A stretch of 64,000 bases of DNA from Trichoplax adhaerens. Taxonomy: Eukaryota; Animalia; Placozoa. The position numbers and the translations under genes were made by a program. The DNA is taken from NCBI RefSeq assembly GCF_000150275.1, contig NW_002060953.1, forward strand, positions 2,320,719 to 2,384,718. The letters run 5' to 3'. Below the pieces are notes generated by a model. That model saw only the letters and a program-made list of their open reading frames with translations. It ran no database searches and was not told where the DNA came from. Below are positions 36,701-50,500 of this stretch, in pieces (positions within the stretch are counted from its first letter, which is position 1; every line of letters begins with the position of its first letter).

Positions 36701-39700
36701 CTCACACAGCCACTGTTATAGCGAACGCGTTCATGCATTATGGTACCATGTCAGATACATTTTTAAGGTGAACTATAGCTTCTACTTTTAACTCAGGCGT
36801 ATGTATTGACTTGCAGAATTCAATATAAAATTGTTTATAATATGATTTAATATCAGAGACAACTTGGATTGGTTGGGTCGTGCGGCAAATTGGGCCAAGT
36901 TTACAGCCACAGCTAGTTTAGGTGTTATTCATAAGGTACAGTATTTTCTTTGTAATTTCCAGCATTACGGTAATTGAAATGGAATTAAAGGCGTTGTAAC
37001 ATTGATTTCAAATGAAAATTATCAGGGTAACGAAAAGAACTCTATCAAGCTTATGTCACATTATTTACCGAAAGATAACACTTCCAGTAATGGAATGCAG
37101 TCTGGTGGAGCATTATATGCTTTGGGTGGGTTGCATTGTACTATTCAGCATTCTTTAAGCAAATTTAAATTAATTGTATGGTAGTAATATCCGACTTAAT
37201 AATGACCTTGTTCGGTAAAATTCGTATTTTGATGTTATAGGATTAATTCATGCTAATCACGGTCATGGAATCCTTTCCTACCTTCGTAATCAACTAAAAG
37301 AAGCTGCTAGTCAGGTAAGAGTGATCCTAAGTTACTTATTTTTATCACTGTTATAATTATTACTACATCGTAATGCTTTCATAAATTTTTAATAATAAAT
37401 AGCCAATTCGACATGGTGCTTGCCTAGCGCTCGGTTTGGCTGCATTAGGCACTGCTAATCAAGGTATGTATGTCGTTTATTATTTTGGTCGCGGCTATAT
37501 TTGCTAATTTTCATCGTCATGGATTTTATCATACAGATATATATGATGATTTATACGATTGTATGATTCACGATGAAGCCGTAACAGGTAAGTCTTTATA
37601 ATGTTATGTACTATCAGTACTGCCCTCATTATCTATGTAACTGGATCACTACTGCGCCATATTTATAATAGGTGAGGCTTCAGGGTTAGCGATGGGTCTA
37701 GTTTTGATTGGGAGGAAATCTCCGGAACCACTGGAAAAGATGATAACGGTACATTGCGTAGAAATTAATATTTTGTCAGATGATGTTAGCTGTGACCTAA
37801 TGGTTTGAAAGACAATACATTACAAGATATTAAAATTTCGCCTTCGTACGCTTGCTTTTAGTACTTGAAAGAAACAGATCATGAAAAAATAGAAAGGGGC
37901 CTAGCGCTGGGGATTGCACTTGTACGCTTAAATATTGGATGTAATTTAGTGATGCACGGTACAAATCTTATGAAATATTGCTTTACAGATTATGTACGGT
38001 TGTCTAGAAGAGGCTGATATCGTCATTGAAACACTTTGTGGAGATGAGGTATGTCTTGATGTAACAGTATTAAAACTGTGGTATTGTAGATACAAAAATT
38101 ATCGTTGTAAAGAAACATTAAACTATAACGCATGAATTACAGAATTCTAATTTGCGTTGCTCCGGAATGTATACTATTGGTATGGCATACTGTGGTAGTG
38201 GGAGCAACAAAGCAATTCGACAGCTATTGAGGGTTGCTGTAAGTATAGTAGCTATTGGTAACAATTTGTTGGTTGCCTATTTATTCTGTTTACCGCGTTA
38301 TGTAATTGTTGATATATCGACTAACTGCACATATTGATCTAGCATGTTCTCTGCTGTATTATTGTTCTAGGTTAGCGATGTTAACAGCGATGTTCGGAGA
38401 GCTGCTGTTGTATCTATCGGATTTGTGCTTGTTAGGTTAGCTGTTCGTTTTTAGATTATTAAGTTGCTAGATAACTTTAGCCCCCAATGCTTGCTCCTAT
38501 GTAATGTTTTAACAAATTATCTAGATCTCCGGAGCAATGCCCTAGCGTAGTGTCTTTGTTAGCAGAGAGTTACAATCCTCACGTTCGATATGGAGCGGCT
38601 ATGGCACTTGGTATATCATGTGCTGGAACTGGTTTGAAGGTACAAAAAATGCTAAAATGTATAAAAATTATGATGTTAGCTTCAACGCATCTTTTAATTA
38701 AATACAGGAGGCTGTAAATATTCTTGAGCCCATGATGCACGATTCCGTAAACTTTGTTCGCCAGGTAATCGTTTGCTGATATTTCATGGCTGTCTCTGGT
38801 TCTGTAGTGAGTAATGATGATTCGTTGTTTTATTAGGGAGCTCTTGTTGCTATTTCGATGGTTCTCATACAGCAAACAGAAGCCACAAATTCTAAAGTAT
38901 GTGTAAATAACATACAGATGTCTTATAGGAATAAGTTAATGTTGAATAACTTGTATAAATGACTAGGCTCCAACCGTAAGGGAATACTTTACAAAAGTCA
39001 TTGCCGACAAACATGAGGATAGCTTAGCGAAGTTTGGTGCTATTATAGCTCAAGGCATTATTGATGCAGGTTACGCAACAGTAATAATTAAAAATAACAG
39101 TATTGTTTTTTTTAATTTCTATGATTATAACTATTTTATTCATTCAAACAGGTGGACGTAACGCTACGATATCTCTCCTAACAAGATCTGGGCATGTCAG
39201 AACTGAGTCTGTAGTTGGGCTCCTGGTTTTTAGTCAGTTCTGGTTTTGGTTCCCGTATTGTCATTTCCTGTCCTTAGCGTTTACACCAGCTACCGTTATT
39301 GCATTAAATTCTAACTTACAGGTAAAAGTGGAAGACCGTAATTTTGGGTTTACAACTAAAGTAACAGGTTAACTTATCCGGTTAATATAGATGCTTAAAG
39401 TCGATTTCAAATCCAATTGTAAGCCTTCCGTGTTTGGTTACATCCCTTATATACAACCATCAAAAGAAAAGCCGAAAGGAAAGGTTCGAATAACTTAAGT
39501 ACTTTCATACGGAACAGTATTGCATTTTGTGATGTATTGACTATAAGGAAAACTTCTTTAGATACCTACCGCGATTTTATCGACAACAGCGAAGGCTTTA
39601 GCGAGAGCAAAGAGAGGAGAAGATATCAAAAGTGCAATAAAAAGTGAAAGAAAAACCGAAGAACCCATGGAAGTTGTATGTTTAATACTATTTAATGTTG

Positions 39701-40317
39701 TTGAAAAAGTTAATGATTAAAAATTGGCCGTATGTAACAATTGTATTTAATACATATTAGGATACGCCATCGAAAACTGAGGCTAAACCCGTAGAGAAGG
39801 AATTAGACTGGGAGTTGTTACCTAATCCAGCACGTGTACTTCCGGCACAGGTTAAAAAAATTGATTAAACATGATGATACTTAAACATTGAGGCCTATTA
39901 CACGATCCATTCTTGGAAATTGATCGTAATTTATGTTGTCATTAGTTGAAATACATCGAATTTCCTAAAACTGACCGCTATGCTCCTTTAAAGAAAGTAA
40001 GTATTAAGCATTAGACTGACGTATTGAGCAAACTTTCTTATGCTTGCAAATTTTTAAGAGTTAAATCATTATGCCTGTATCTTATAGAGTAATAAAGGAG
40101 GAATTGTCATGATGAAGGATCTAACACCTGGCGAGAGCCAAGAAACATTAGAACCTTTACCAGGTTTTATTGATATTTTATAAATTTCTGGCGTTTGTAG
40201 ATTAGGCTATAAAAGTGTTATCATTTCTTATCATTATCAATAGATGTTAATATTCGTAGTATAGACGAAGAGGAAGAAGCGGAACCACCTGAGCCTTTTG
40301 AATACGAGGAAGATTAA
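33748..40317 (+). CDS. PSMD1: 26S proteasome non-ATPase regulatory subunit 1 (Rpn2), ~34 exons
   Basis: MTLTSA|[68 protein letters not shown] repeats ([15 protein letters not shown]; [13 protein letters not shown]; [16 protein letters not shown]), [32 protein letters not shown] (TAA 40315-40317). Confidence 0.97.
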
Positions 40318-41343
40318 TTTTTTTGAACTTAGTCATCACGTAGAATGGCTGCTAATTTTTGATCGAGGTTGTCAATAAACTTATACTTGTATTTGTGTAA
40401 GTTACTTGCTCGTAGAAGCAAAGTTTGTTTATTAAATTTCTGTATTATTTGCCTTGCTTAGTTTCGAACTGTGACAAATTGATTAAGTTCGAAATAAAGG
40501 CGATTAGTATTTGCCATATAAAAATAAACAATTTTTCAATTCCCATAACTATGATAGCTTTCTTGTCAAATAAACAATATTGCGTAGCAGATACCTCAAG
40601 ATAGTCGATAATGGTCAGTGCTATTATTGATTTATAGAATATAAATACTGCAATTAAACGACCTAACAGTGCATCGCAGCAGGAGAACAATGCAAGTATT
40701 GATAAACAAAATGAAGGATATTAGCAGAAGTTGATGCTACAAAATACTAAATTGTCTAGATAACAGATATGTACCATGACTGAAGACAGTATTTTATATT
40801 ATGAACCCAGCTTCCATCTCAAAATGCATGCTGTAACTTAGAAAAATGAGGAAGCGGATACTGCAACTCTAATTCAGCAAGTTTAGCTACGTCAGATTTT
40901 CGATTCAACTATTACCTATCAAATAAATCTGAAGTACTGAAACTAGACCTGGTCTGAAACTGAGGATCGCTAGTAGAATAAAAGTAGTAAACTTTGCGTA
41001 ATCTGATTAATTAATTATCTACGTAAAGCTATTTTTATCATATCGACTTAGTGTAAGTACTGTAAATCAAATAATTAAAAGTTGCAATCAGTTCCAGTAG
41101 CAAGGTACAGTATATTTCGAAGTCATAATTTAATATACTGCCAGCGATAGTTTCAGATACCCAACAGCTAAATACCTAGTCAAATAAATGGAACTGACAA
41201 GACTAAACTTTAGGAACAATTCGCTCCAAGTCTGAATAATGACTGCTTGTACAGTACAGTACTGCATGGTATCGTGCAACTGTCCATTTTAGTCCAGGCT
41301 TGAAATCCCACTGTTTCAGTCAAATTGAAGGGATTGCACCAGT

Positions 41344-41754
41344 TTATATCGTAGAAATAGTTGGCACATTACCCTTCTTGCCATTCGGATCCGTCTCTGG
41401 ATTGTTACTATTAAGACCGAGATAAACTTCTGTTGAAATTTTGGAGTTAATGAGTGCTCCCCAGGTTGCTACCAGGAACGGTACGCAGTAAGTTAGAGGG
41501 ATCTTCCAATAAAGATCGTTGGGGAATTGACCGATAAAAATTTTATTCCCAGCATTAATCGAAACTAAAATTGTGCCAACAACAATCGCCGTTAAGAACG
41601 ACTTGAGGAGCAATGGTTTGTGCTTGAAAACACAACATCCGCATAGAAACTTGGATCTGCCGTGACTTGCAGTCATTCGAAATATCAACTTGGAAGATTC
41701 GCAGTGGCCACACTGCTCTATCATTAAGATAGGAGTGTTTTCAGCTGAAGTCAT
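41344..41754 (-). CDS. nrtS: Small two-TM NrtS-like (nitrate/nitrite transporter family) protein, 136 aa, intronless CDS, horizontal-transfer candidate
   Basis: The true ATG is 41754 (AAAATG; in-frame TAG upstream; the track start 41772 is TTG). KSFLTAIVVGTILVSINAG...LYWKIPLTYCVPFLVATWGAL matches the NrtS pattern A.VVGTIL..INQG...W.K..LTY.VP..V.T.G. N-terminal CGHC and CGCC pairs. Family assignment is from recall, not a search. Confidence 0.75.
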   Translation of the reverse strand: MTSAENTPILMIEQCGHCESSKLIFRMTASHGRSKFLCGCCVFKHKPLLLKSFLTAIVVGTILVSINAGNKIFIGQFPNDLYWKIPLTYCVPFLVATWGALINSKISTEVYLGLNSNNPETDPNGKKGNVPTISTI

Positions 41755-41959
41755 TTTACACCTTCTACCCAATGACTAACGGTTGGACTGTAAAATTACG
41801 TGGAGGGCATGTTCATCAAGATCTGACCATGAAAATACTTCCACCCTTGCTGAACGTGAAAAATGTTTACATAACACGATCAGCGCTTACTATCGGTCAT
41901 GTAATTACATTATAATTTTACGCTAACTGTATTGAAGACTTGAGGATTTTTCTTTCTTT

Positions 41960-42290
41960 TACTGTACTGTATGCAGTATGTAAATTAAAGAGCTGTAAGA
42001 TAATCGATAGCAACGCTTACCGTACTGTATAGTACAGTACTGTACACTGAGTGTACAGTACCGTAAAGTACCGTGTTCCACATACTGTACACTGTACAGT
42101 AGAAGATAGTACAGTACAGTGTATTGTGCAGAAAGACTGTAGTGACGCTTCGTACTGTAGAAGATGTACTGTATAGAACGTGAATCTACAGTCGAGTGAG
42201 TAGACCACACGAGAAAAGCAAAAGTTTGTTGCTTACCCCCTCTCTTATGGTCTATTGTACCGTACAGTACAGTGAAGTTGAGTGAACACT
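41960..42290. promoter_or_regulatory. GTAC-repeat bidirectional promoter region between the NrtS-like gene (-) and UNC80 (+)
   Basis: Dense TACTG/CAGTA array between divergent genes; small satellite patch at ~42780-42800. Confidence 0.6.
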
Positions 42291-44538
42291 GTAAACGGAC
42301 TACAAAGCTAGAATGCAATCAGAGACTCAGACAACGGAGGAGGAAGGTCTCTGTTGAGTTATACTGTAAGCAAGATCGAAGCGCAGTGCTGTAGTAAAAT
42401 TTTGAAGAAATCCATTTTTTGTTTCGTAGTCAGTAGCATAGATTTAAGTCGATTTCATTAAACAATCTATCTGTTTCTTTGTCGTAGATTCTCCTGCTGC
42501 GTACATAAAAGCATAGTATACGAATATTGACATTAATACGTAAATATGAACTGTAGCAAACACTCGTTAGCTCTTTAGCAGTCACTCTCTTTTAAAATGT
42601 TATGTTCGTCCTTGTCAAAAGTCCGATCTGTTATTGTTAAAAACAGAAATCTCTTCAATGAATTTGTGTTTAAGCGTAGATGCGTTGAAATGGACTGATG
42701 TAAAGGAGTTCAGTACTGAGATCTTAGTGAGTGTTTTCTCGTTTGGTCGCTTGCTGCAGTTACTGCAATGAAATACTCACAGTACAGTACTGTATGTACT
42801 TAACAAAAAGAATGCAGTAGCTAGTTGCCAAAAACATTCACAAAAGTCAATCTGATACTGTCAGCCTTATCTCCAAGGTTACAAATTTCGATTATGATAT
42901 TGAGAGGTAAAAGAAAAAGCTTTTACTTTTACCTCCATGAATTCAGATTTTCCATTTTTTTTTTGCGCTTAAGGGCTACTGGATCATAATGGTAGTGTTA
43001 GCTGAATTTTATTCTTATCTAAATGCACTTAGTAAGGCTTGCTACCGGCGAACTGGCGTTATCCTAAAATTGCCGCTTCCAGCATGATAATTTAATTTAA
43101 ATTTGTCTTATACAATCATGCATATATCGGACACACGCGTACATATACTATATACGGACGATGCCATCCAGGCTCTCAATTCAAGAACAGCCTAGCGCAA
43201 TCAGTCCAATCTGTACGCAATAAAGTTATAGTGATTCACAACAAGAATCTCTGATATACCATCGCAGTTTCTAAAAAATATTGAAAGAGCTGATCCAATT
43301 TCTCGATCCTGACCACTTACAGTATATATATTGAATCGATTATGTTGGACTGCCTGGTTGTTTCAATTTAGGATCATCATAGCGTTGCAAAATGAGTAGT
43401 TACAGACTACAGAAAGGCTGAGAGTGCCATCCTTGAGTAGTTAAATTGCTTCCTAAACATGATTACGTTCTGTCATACCGACTATATGCGTATCATTCAT
43501 TCATGGCAGTGCTGCGGAAATGGCATTAATTTTTACGACCAGTGTCATATTCATAGTTTCTTTCTTTTTGCTATATTCTCGTATTAGGCAATTCTGCCTG
43601 CACGACTAGCGCCTACCTATAACATTAGTAAGCCACTACAATCCGATACTTCATTACTGTAATAAGTCAACGAGGATATACTTTTATATGAGTTCTATCA
43701 CCTGCCGGTATAATTTTACAGATTGCATTAATTCATAAATTCAATATTTCTATATGTTATTGAAACATCAGTGATAGTAATTATACGGTATGATCGAAAA
43801 TTGAATTGATATGTTAATAAATACAATATTAATCAACTCGGCATAATAAATAAACACAGGTGCGGAAAGATACATCATGTGATTTCGAAGAGAGAGCCAA
43901 TGACAACTATTCTTCATCGATTAAGATCGAATAGTCAATAGAAATCTGCCATTGATCACTCGTGATGATAATGGTGGGTATTTGTGATTCTCTATTGATC
44001 GACACTATGTATTGCGCTTATAACGACAGAAATTAATCCATATCATCTCACTAACGTTGCCAACATTGTCTCTACAATGATCACTAACCAATATGAAAAC
44101 GAAGATTGCTTTCAACATAGTCCACTAAACGAAGGTGCGTTTTTATGCGACCCTTCTTCATCTATTCAGTGAACTTTAGATCCAAAATACGATAACCTAG
44201 TGCAAGACACGTATCATTTTAATCATTGGATAAAATTTTCATGTAGAAAATACGTATGTTGTTGCTATAGAGAGAGCGATTTAGAATATGTATAACTAGC
44301 CTATGCCTTATCCTCTATAGAACGAAGCAAGGTTAAGCATGACGATAGTGTTCCTGATCTACTAAGCTATTGATTGTGACTCAAATTGAGACAATAGAAA
44401 GGCAAATAATGGAATATTTTTTTCTTCATAGAAAGTAATAAGTGAAAAGTCAGCTTACATAATAATACTATTTATTTGAATCCAATCTATAGCTTTAAAT
44501 CGATAAGAAAGTACAAGGATAAATCGAATCACCTATCA

Positions 44539-47500
44539 ATGGCTGCAAAGGAAGTCAATCATGTTCCTTTGGTCATACAGAATTATTTCTGGAAATTACA
44601 AAGGTAGGCCTATAAAATAAGCTATCCAACTCTGATTTAAAGTTATCCCTCACACACTTTAAACTTCGGTCTAATTGACTCTTAAATAAACCAAATTAGA
44701 AAATAGCAAATACAGTGTGATATTGAAGAATACGATAGGAAAATAATTCTCATCGTTAATAAATTGACGATTGCACAGAACAAAGATCATGATTTTTGCT
44801 TAGATTAAGAAGTCAAGTCTCTATCCTAACTCTTGCATTTCATGCTTTACTATTTCGATCATGACTAATAGCGTGATGGTAACCAATAGAATTCATTCGG
44901 AATGAATTTATATAAAGCAGTCTAGATTACTTATTATCGTGCAAAGACTATGTGAACTTTCATAGTTAGAAACGTCTGAAAATTTACACTCATCACAAAT
45001 AGAATCTGACAGTATCTTCATACTATAATCGAGATTAGACTCTCATTGAGAAAATCTAGGATTCGAAAATTAGTCTCCGAAAGCCAACTGCTAAGTTAAA
45101 TCCCTCCATATCGAAATATTTTAAAATGGTTTAATTTAATGACGCTACAATAATTGGCTTATCATTTTTTTATTCTATGTGGAAAAGTGCAAATCCACTT
45201 CAATGTTGATATGACATATTCTTTGAATATCCATTTGTTGGTAACAGCAGCATGTTATACTTTCACTATTTACCTCTGTTCCTGAAATCGACCAAGTTAT
45301 AATTGTTAAAACTACTTTAATACTCCTTTAATATTACCGGTAGACCTATTATAGTCGGATAGAACATCTTTAACAAATTGAATTTGGGCGTCATTTTCTC
45401 TATTGACAATCTATATCTTTGTTTTCTACCATCAATGATTCTATGCTCACCTATCATATATCTCTTCAATGGAACGCGATAGCCCATTTATGAGGCCAAA
45501 ACTGGGTAAAAACTGTGATGGAATATGCGTGGTAAGTAATTCTCTTACTATTGATATAATATTTTGATGAAAATTGCCAATAAAGGCAATGCTCTGACTT
45601 AAAATAAGTTGTATAAGATGGCAAGTATTCGATCCTTAAAAATTATGAATACTAGACTTTTATTTGATAACATTTTAGTATTCATCACTTAGTTATTGAA
45701 CTCTAATCTATAACTCTAATCTTGGCCCATATACTACTAAAAGAAGACTATAGTAGTCTTTCTCGCCACTCTTGTTTTAATTGTAATACATAATCTTGAT
45801 GGATAGTTAAGCAATCCACGAAAAGTAAGTGAATATTCGAGAACATTAATCTGTCTAAGGTACTAACGTAATAGTTATTAGGAAGAATCAAATCTGGATA
45901 CCAACTACGACAATAATAATTACCATGCAATAAAATAGGAAAACTAATAATTTTTAATTGTGTGGAAGACTCAAAATAAAATACTCTTAATTTACGTTAC
46001 TGACAGGCAAATATAAATCTAAGCAGTTATCAACAGCATCCTCAGTCTTATTTGTGTTCATGTGACATTATGATACATTCACTATCAAAATCTACATAAT
46101 TGCAACCATATTAACTATTCTTGAATCATGCTATAATGTCCAAAATTTTAATAGTCACGGATCATATATGCAAGTTAGTGGAATAAAACTACAGCAGAAT
46201 TCTAAAAAGCGGCATATTTCACTGATTCCCTCTGTAAAAATTCAAACTTTTATGTCGATAATAATATACTTGAGCGAAAGATAAGCAGTTTAATGAAAGT
46301 TCCGCAACATTCGCTGTGCATTAAATTGCCAACCTTGATGGAAAAATAGTTGCTGCAATAACGTATTGATGTGGAAGTAAAATTCTAATGAATATTGCTC
46401 TATCGGCATTGCCTGTTCAAGCGCGTATGATTTAGATTTCAAACATCTAGTTTTAAACTCATATGATTTGATTGTTCCATAATAGATATTAGAAAGAATA
46501 ATTTGCGAGAATAAAATATGTGGTTTACCAGATGGACTCATCAAGGCAATCTCATCAATATCGAGATGGGATTTTGTGGCGGCCGCTACGCCTCATGTTA
46601 TACGTTGTTGCTCCGCCATGCTAGCGAATCGAAATCAGTTTGATAGAATGAACATCGCTGAAACTAAATTAATGTACACCTTACACTGGATTTTGCTGGA
46701 TGCTCGAAGTGAATGCAGTACTGAATGTATTTTATCCATGGAGGTGATCCAATTATTTGTTCAATTAATGGTGCCCCATGCTTACAATCTTAGAGATGCG
46801 GACTTAACATTTAGACTAGAAAAAGGTATTAGAATTTGGAAAGCGTTGAGACATCATCAAGCACCAGAGGTACCCGCTTTTACCGGCCAGTCTATTAATC
46901 AGAATCCATTATTACAACATAAAATGGTGACTAATTTTGATACTGCTGTAGTGCGATGTTTAACTTCCTCAAATTGGTCAGAACAAGGTATTACTTGGGC
47001 TATTATTTATTTGCAGCAACAGCTAACCTACTCTATCAATTCAATGTCTCAGCAATTGCTAGCAGATAGTGATAATATTCGAGAAGCGCGCTCAGCCTCT
47101 TGTTCTCGAATGCGCAATACTAAGCGTCATGTCCTTCAACACCAGCAACGAAGTTTAGATCACCGCTCCGGTAAAGAGAATACGCAAACGACCAACCTCA
47201 CATGTAATCCCTTAATGTTACATCAATTAGCCGTGAATGACATTAGCTGTGGAAATAGTGAAGCAGGAAGCAGTAGTGATATCGATGATGTTGATTCGGC
47301 ATCTAAGGAAGCCTATGATCTCTATCGTGCTAATATTTCAAATGCATTCTGCCACATCGTCAGGGGTCGAGCAAACCCTAGATTATGTGATTTAATTTGC
47401 GCTTATACCTTAACTGTTATAGATTCTAATTTTTTACCCTGGAAGTGCCTAGAACATTATACTAGCCAGGAAAAAGGAAAGCAATTACAGGACATGTTAG

Positions 47501-50500
47501 CCGTATACATGGGAAAAGAATCGTCTAGTAAATCAGATTTAAGCCATGAGGCTCTTCAACAAGTCGGTCAAGCATATGAGATTTATAATTCTATTTTAAT
47601 TCTCGTCGTCAATGTATTTAAACATCTTGGTTGCCAGTATGGTTGTGGCGAGGGCATCCGAGGCACACATGGCGATAAACTACGATCCCAAACTATTGAT
47701 ATACTGATACGATTACGTAACACAAGTAAGGTATTTTTTACCGCTTGCCTGAGAAATTTTATCGTCAATAATGCAATACAAGATACTCTAGATTTCTATC
47801 ATGCTTTATTGGGATTTTGCTGTGCAGAAAGTGGCACAGGTAATGACATGGTACATCCTATGAACAGCCAAAATTTAGGTTCAATAGAAAACTATTTGCT
47901 CCTATCGACATTACAGACATTTTTGCATCAATGCCAACAATTTGATAATGCCACTCATCGAAATGCGGTTAGTATTATTATGTCATTAGTAAGAATTAAA
48001 TGTTATTCTCGAATGTTTTATTTATTTTAATAAAATTGTACTCATATGATATCTTTCTACTTGGCAATATGCTTTTAAAATAAAGGCATTTAGTAAAACT
48101 TCCGTCCACCTCAGCCATTATAGGCTGACGAAATGTAATCTCGTTGCTTCTATTAACATGAAATAATGACTTTCCATACTTTGAATAATAGACACTCTCA
48201 GGAGAAATTCGCCAATTACTGCGACATATTAGCCATGAATATCCGGACGTTTATTCACGGATTGTTCTAACCATTCTTGTCAAGTCTTGTAAATTATCGA
48301 ATCGATCACCTGGGCTCTTTAGCAGTAGCGTACCTTGCTCAGATTCTGTTCCTTCATCAGACAGTGATTTTACTGTCTCTTGTTCATCATCATTTTCCGG
48401 CAATGCTGATTCATCAGCCGTACATAAACCAAGAAGCTTATTAAAGAAGTTACTAACATCAAGTTTCAAAGAAAGATGTATGTGTGAGTAGCTTATCGTT
48501 GACATGAGGCTCATTAGCTATTATATCCTTGATAAAGTACTAATGATGCATCATATAATTATTGCTATTTTTTACTGCACATTCGCATATGAAATTTACG
48601 CGAATCTTGCTAATGATATACACTTAGTATTGCCGTAATTAAAATGATTGTGATACAGTGCTTAATAGACTGCGTGATTATAATATTTTAACTATTTGCT
48701 AATATGTGTTAGCGGATACAAAAATGAATAAAGGAAGTAGAGGTGAAATATCGCCGAGTCATTTACCATCTAGCAATACTGCCAGTAGTTCCGTTATCCA
48801 GGACACTGGAGAGATTACGGAACAGCCAATGACGGATAGAAGTACTCAATCATCGGCTACATATGGTATTTCTATTTCATAATGCAAATAAACTACAACA
48901 ATAAAATTATTTATAGGATTAAGCTTAGCTATATATAAAGATATAAATTAATATAAAGGCTTTATTATTATTTTAACAGCAAGTAAAAGCCGTAATGACT
49001 ATGCAGCTGAAAGAATCCACAGCAGAAATACTGGTGCATCTGTGTGGAAAAAGCACTTATCCTTCCTTAAGTTAGGTCAAAAGGCCAAAAAATTACGCCG
49101 AGAATCCAGTTAAGTCCTATGCAACGAATTGTATTCATTTATTATTATGTTACCAATTCCTTATAAATAATGCCGGATGCCTTCTACTAGTTTCATTTAA
49201 ATTCACGAATTACAGGCTGATAATTCATATTCTCATGTGAATCGAAACTAATAACGTAAAGGTATATTCGCTAATTACTATAAAACAAATTTTACCTCAA
49301 TCACCCCTGGAATAGGCATTTTATCCGAAGAAGGTTCTGCTTACGCTAACTCAAGTGCTAGTATTCAAGCAATGGAAATTAAGAAATATTTAGAAAATTT
49401 AAATTGTGGAGTTTTGGATTTTTCCTTTTTAATTGAATGCTCCCAACCAGGCTCTGTGCCTAGCCCCGCTTTGTTAACTGCCATATTCAATCTGGTATGT
49501 CGTAAGTGACTCATTATGCTTATCATCTATATCAATCTTAAATTTCATGCCTACTACATTAATGATTCCAATAAATTTAAAGCTAATATGTTATCCGCTT
49601 AAATATGTATCACTAAATATTTTAAAAATGACTGATGTTGCTATGCATAGCATACAATACAATGCTATAGTCAATAAATTCTGTTAGACCGTTTTAGTAA
49701 TAGCAACACATATACAAAAACGATTATAAAATTTCTGAATAGAAATCACCGATTGTTGCGAGGGCTCTTATTTTTGCTCAACTTGCTCATCTTGTGAATC
49801 GATGCCGTCATAACGAATGGCCCACATGGATGACGAGAAATTATTTACAAGGTAAGTAAGAGTTTAAAATTCGTTAACTAAATGAAATGTAACCTAGATA
49901 TTTAAACATAGCATACAGTAATTAAAAGAATATTTTATAATGCTTTACTAATAGTCATGATCATTGAAATTGTATAGGTCGTTCGACTACAGCTGTTAAA
50001 CGGCGAAACGCTCGTCATAAGCAAGCAGTAGCTGAATCATTTTATCAATGGGGTGTTGCCATCGGCAATAAATTAAGGGAGTTACACGAAAGTGAAACAA
50101 TTGCAAAACATAACAGTGCAGAAGCCCATTTTGAACCTTGTAAGCTCTTATTCTCGATCATTAAGCTATAAAAAAATTAGCAAGACCATCTTTGAGCTAA
50201 CTTAAAAATGTTTATAGTGTCATCTTTTATTCAATACAAATTATTTTCATACATTCCTTAAATGAATCCGGGATTACAGTTGAGATCACCACCTCTTGTC
50301 CCTATTCATTGAAGCTCGTTGCTTGCCAATTAATCTATGAAATTACGGCATTTTTTGTGGAAAATCCAAGTGTGAAGACAAAAATCGATAACTACATATC
50401 GCCTAGGAGAGAGGAGCCTCGTAGTAGCAGAGCAAGTGTTAAGCAGACTGTCGGTTTCAAGAGACGAAGGAGGACTATTCGAGTTAGTACCATAGTTTTA

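Noticed and set aside
6016-42318. Many Tyr/Cys/Thr/Val/Gln/Ser-rich ORFs in the track (e.g. 6749-7027, 15578-15772, 21913-22137, 32964-33377, 41959-42318)
   Set aside because: They are translations of the stop-poor TACTG/CAGTA arrays, appear in several frames and on both strands, and are not proteins.
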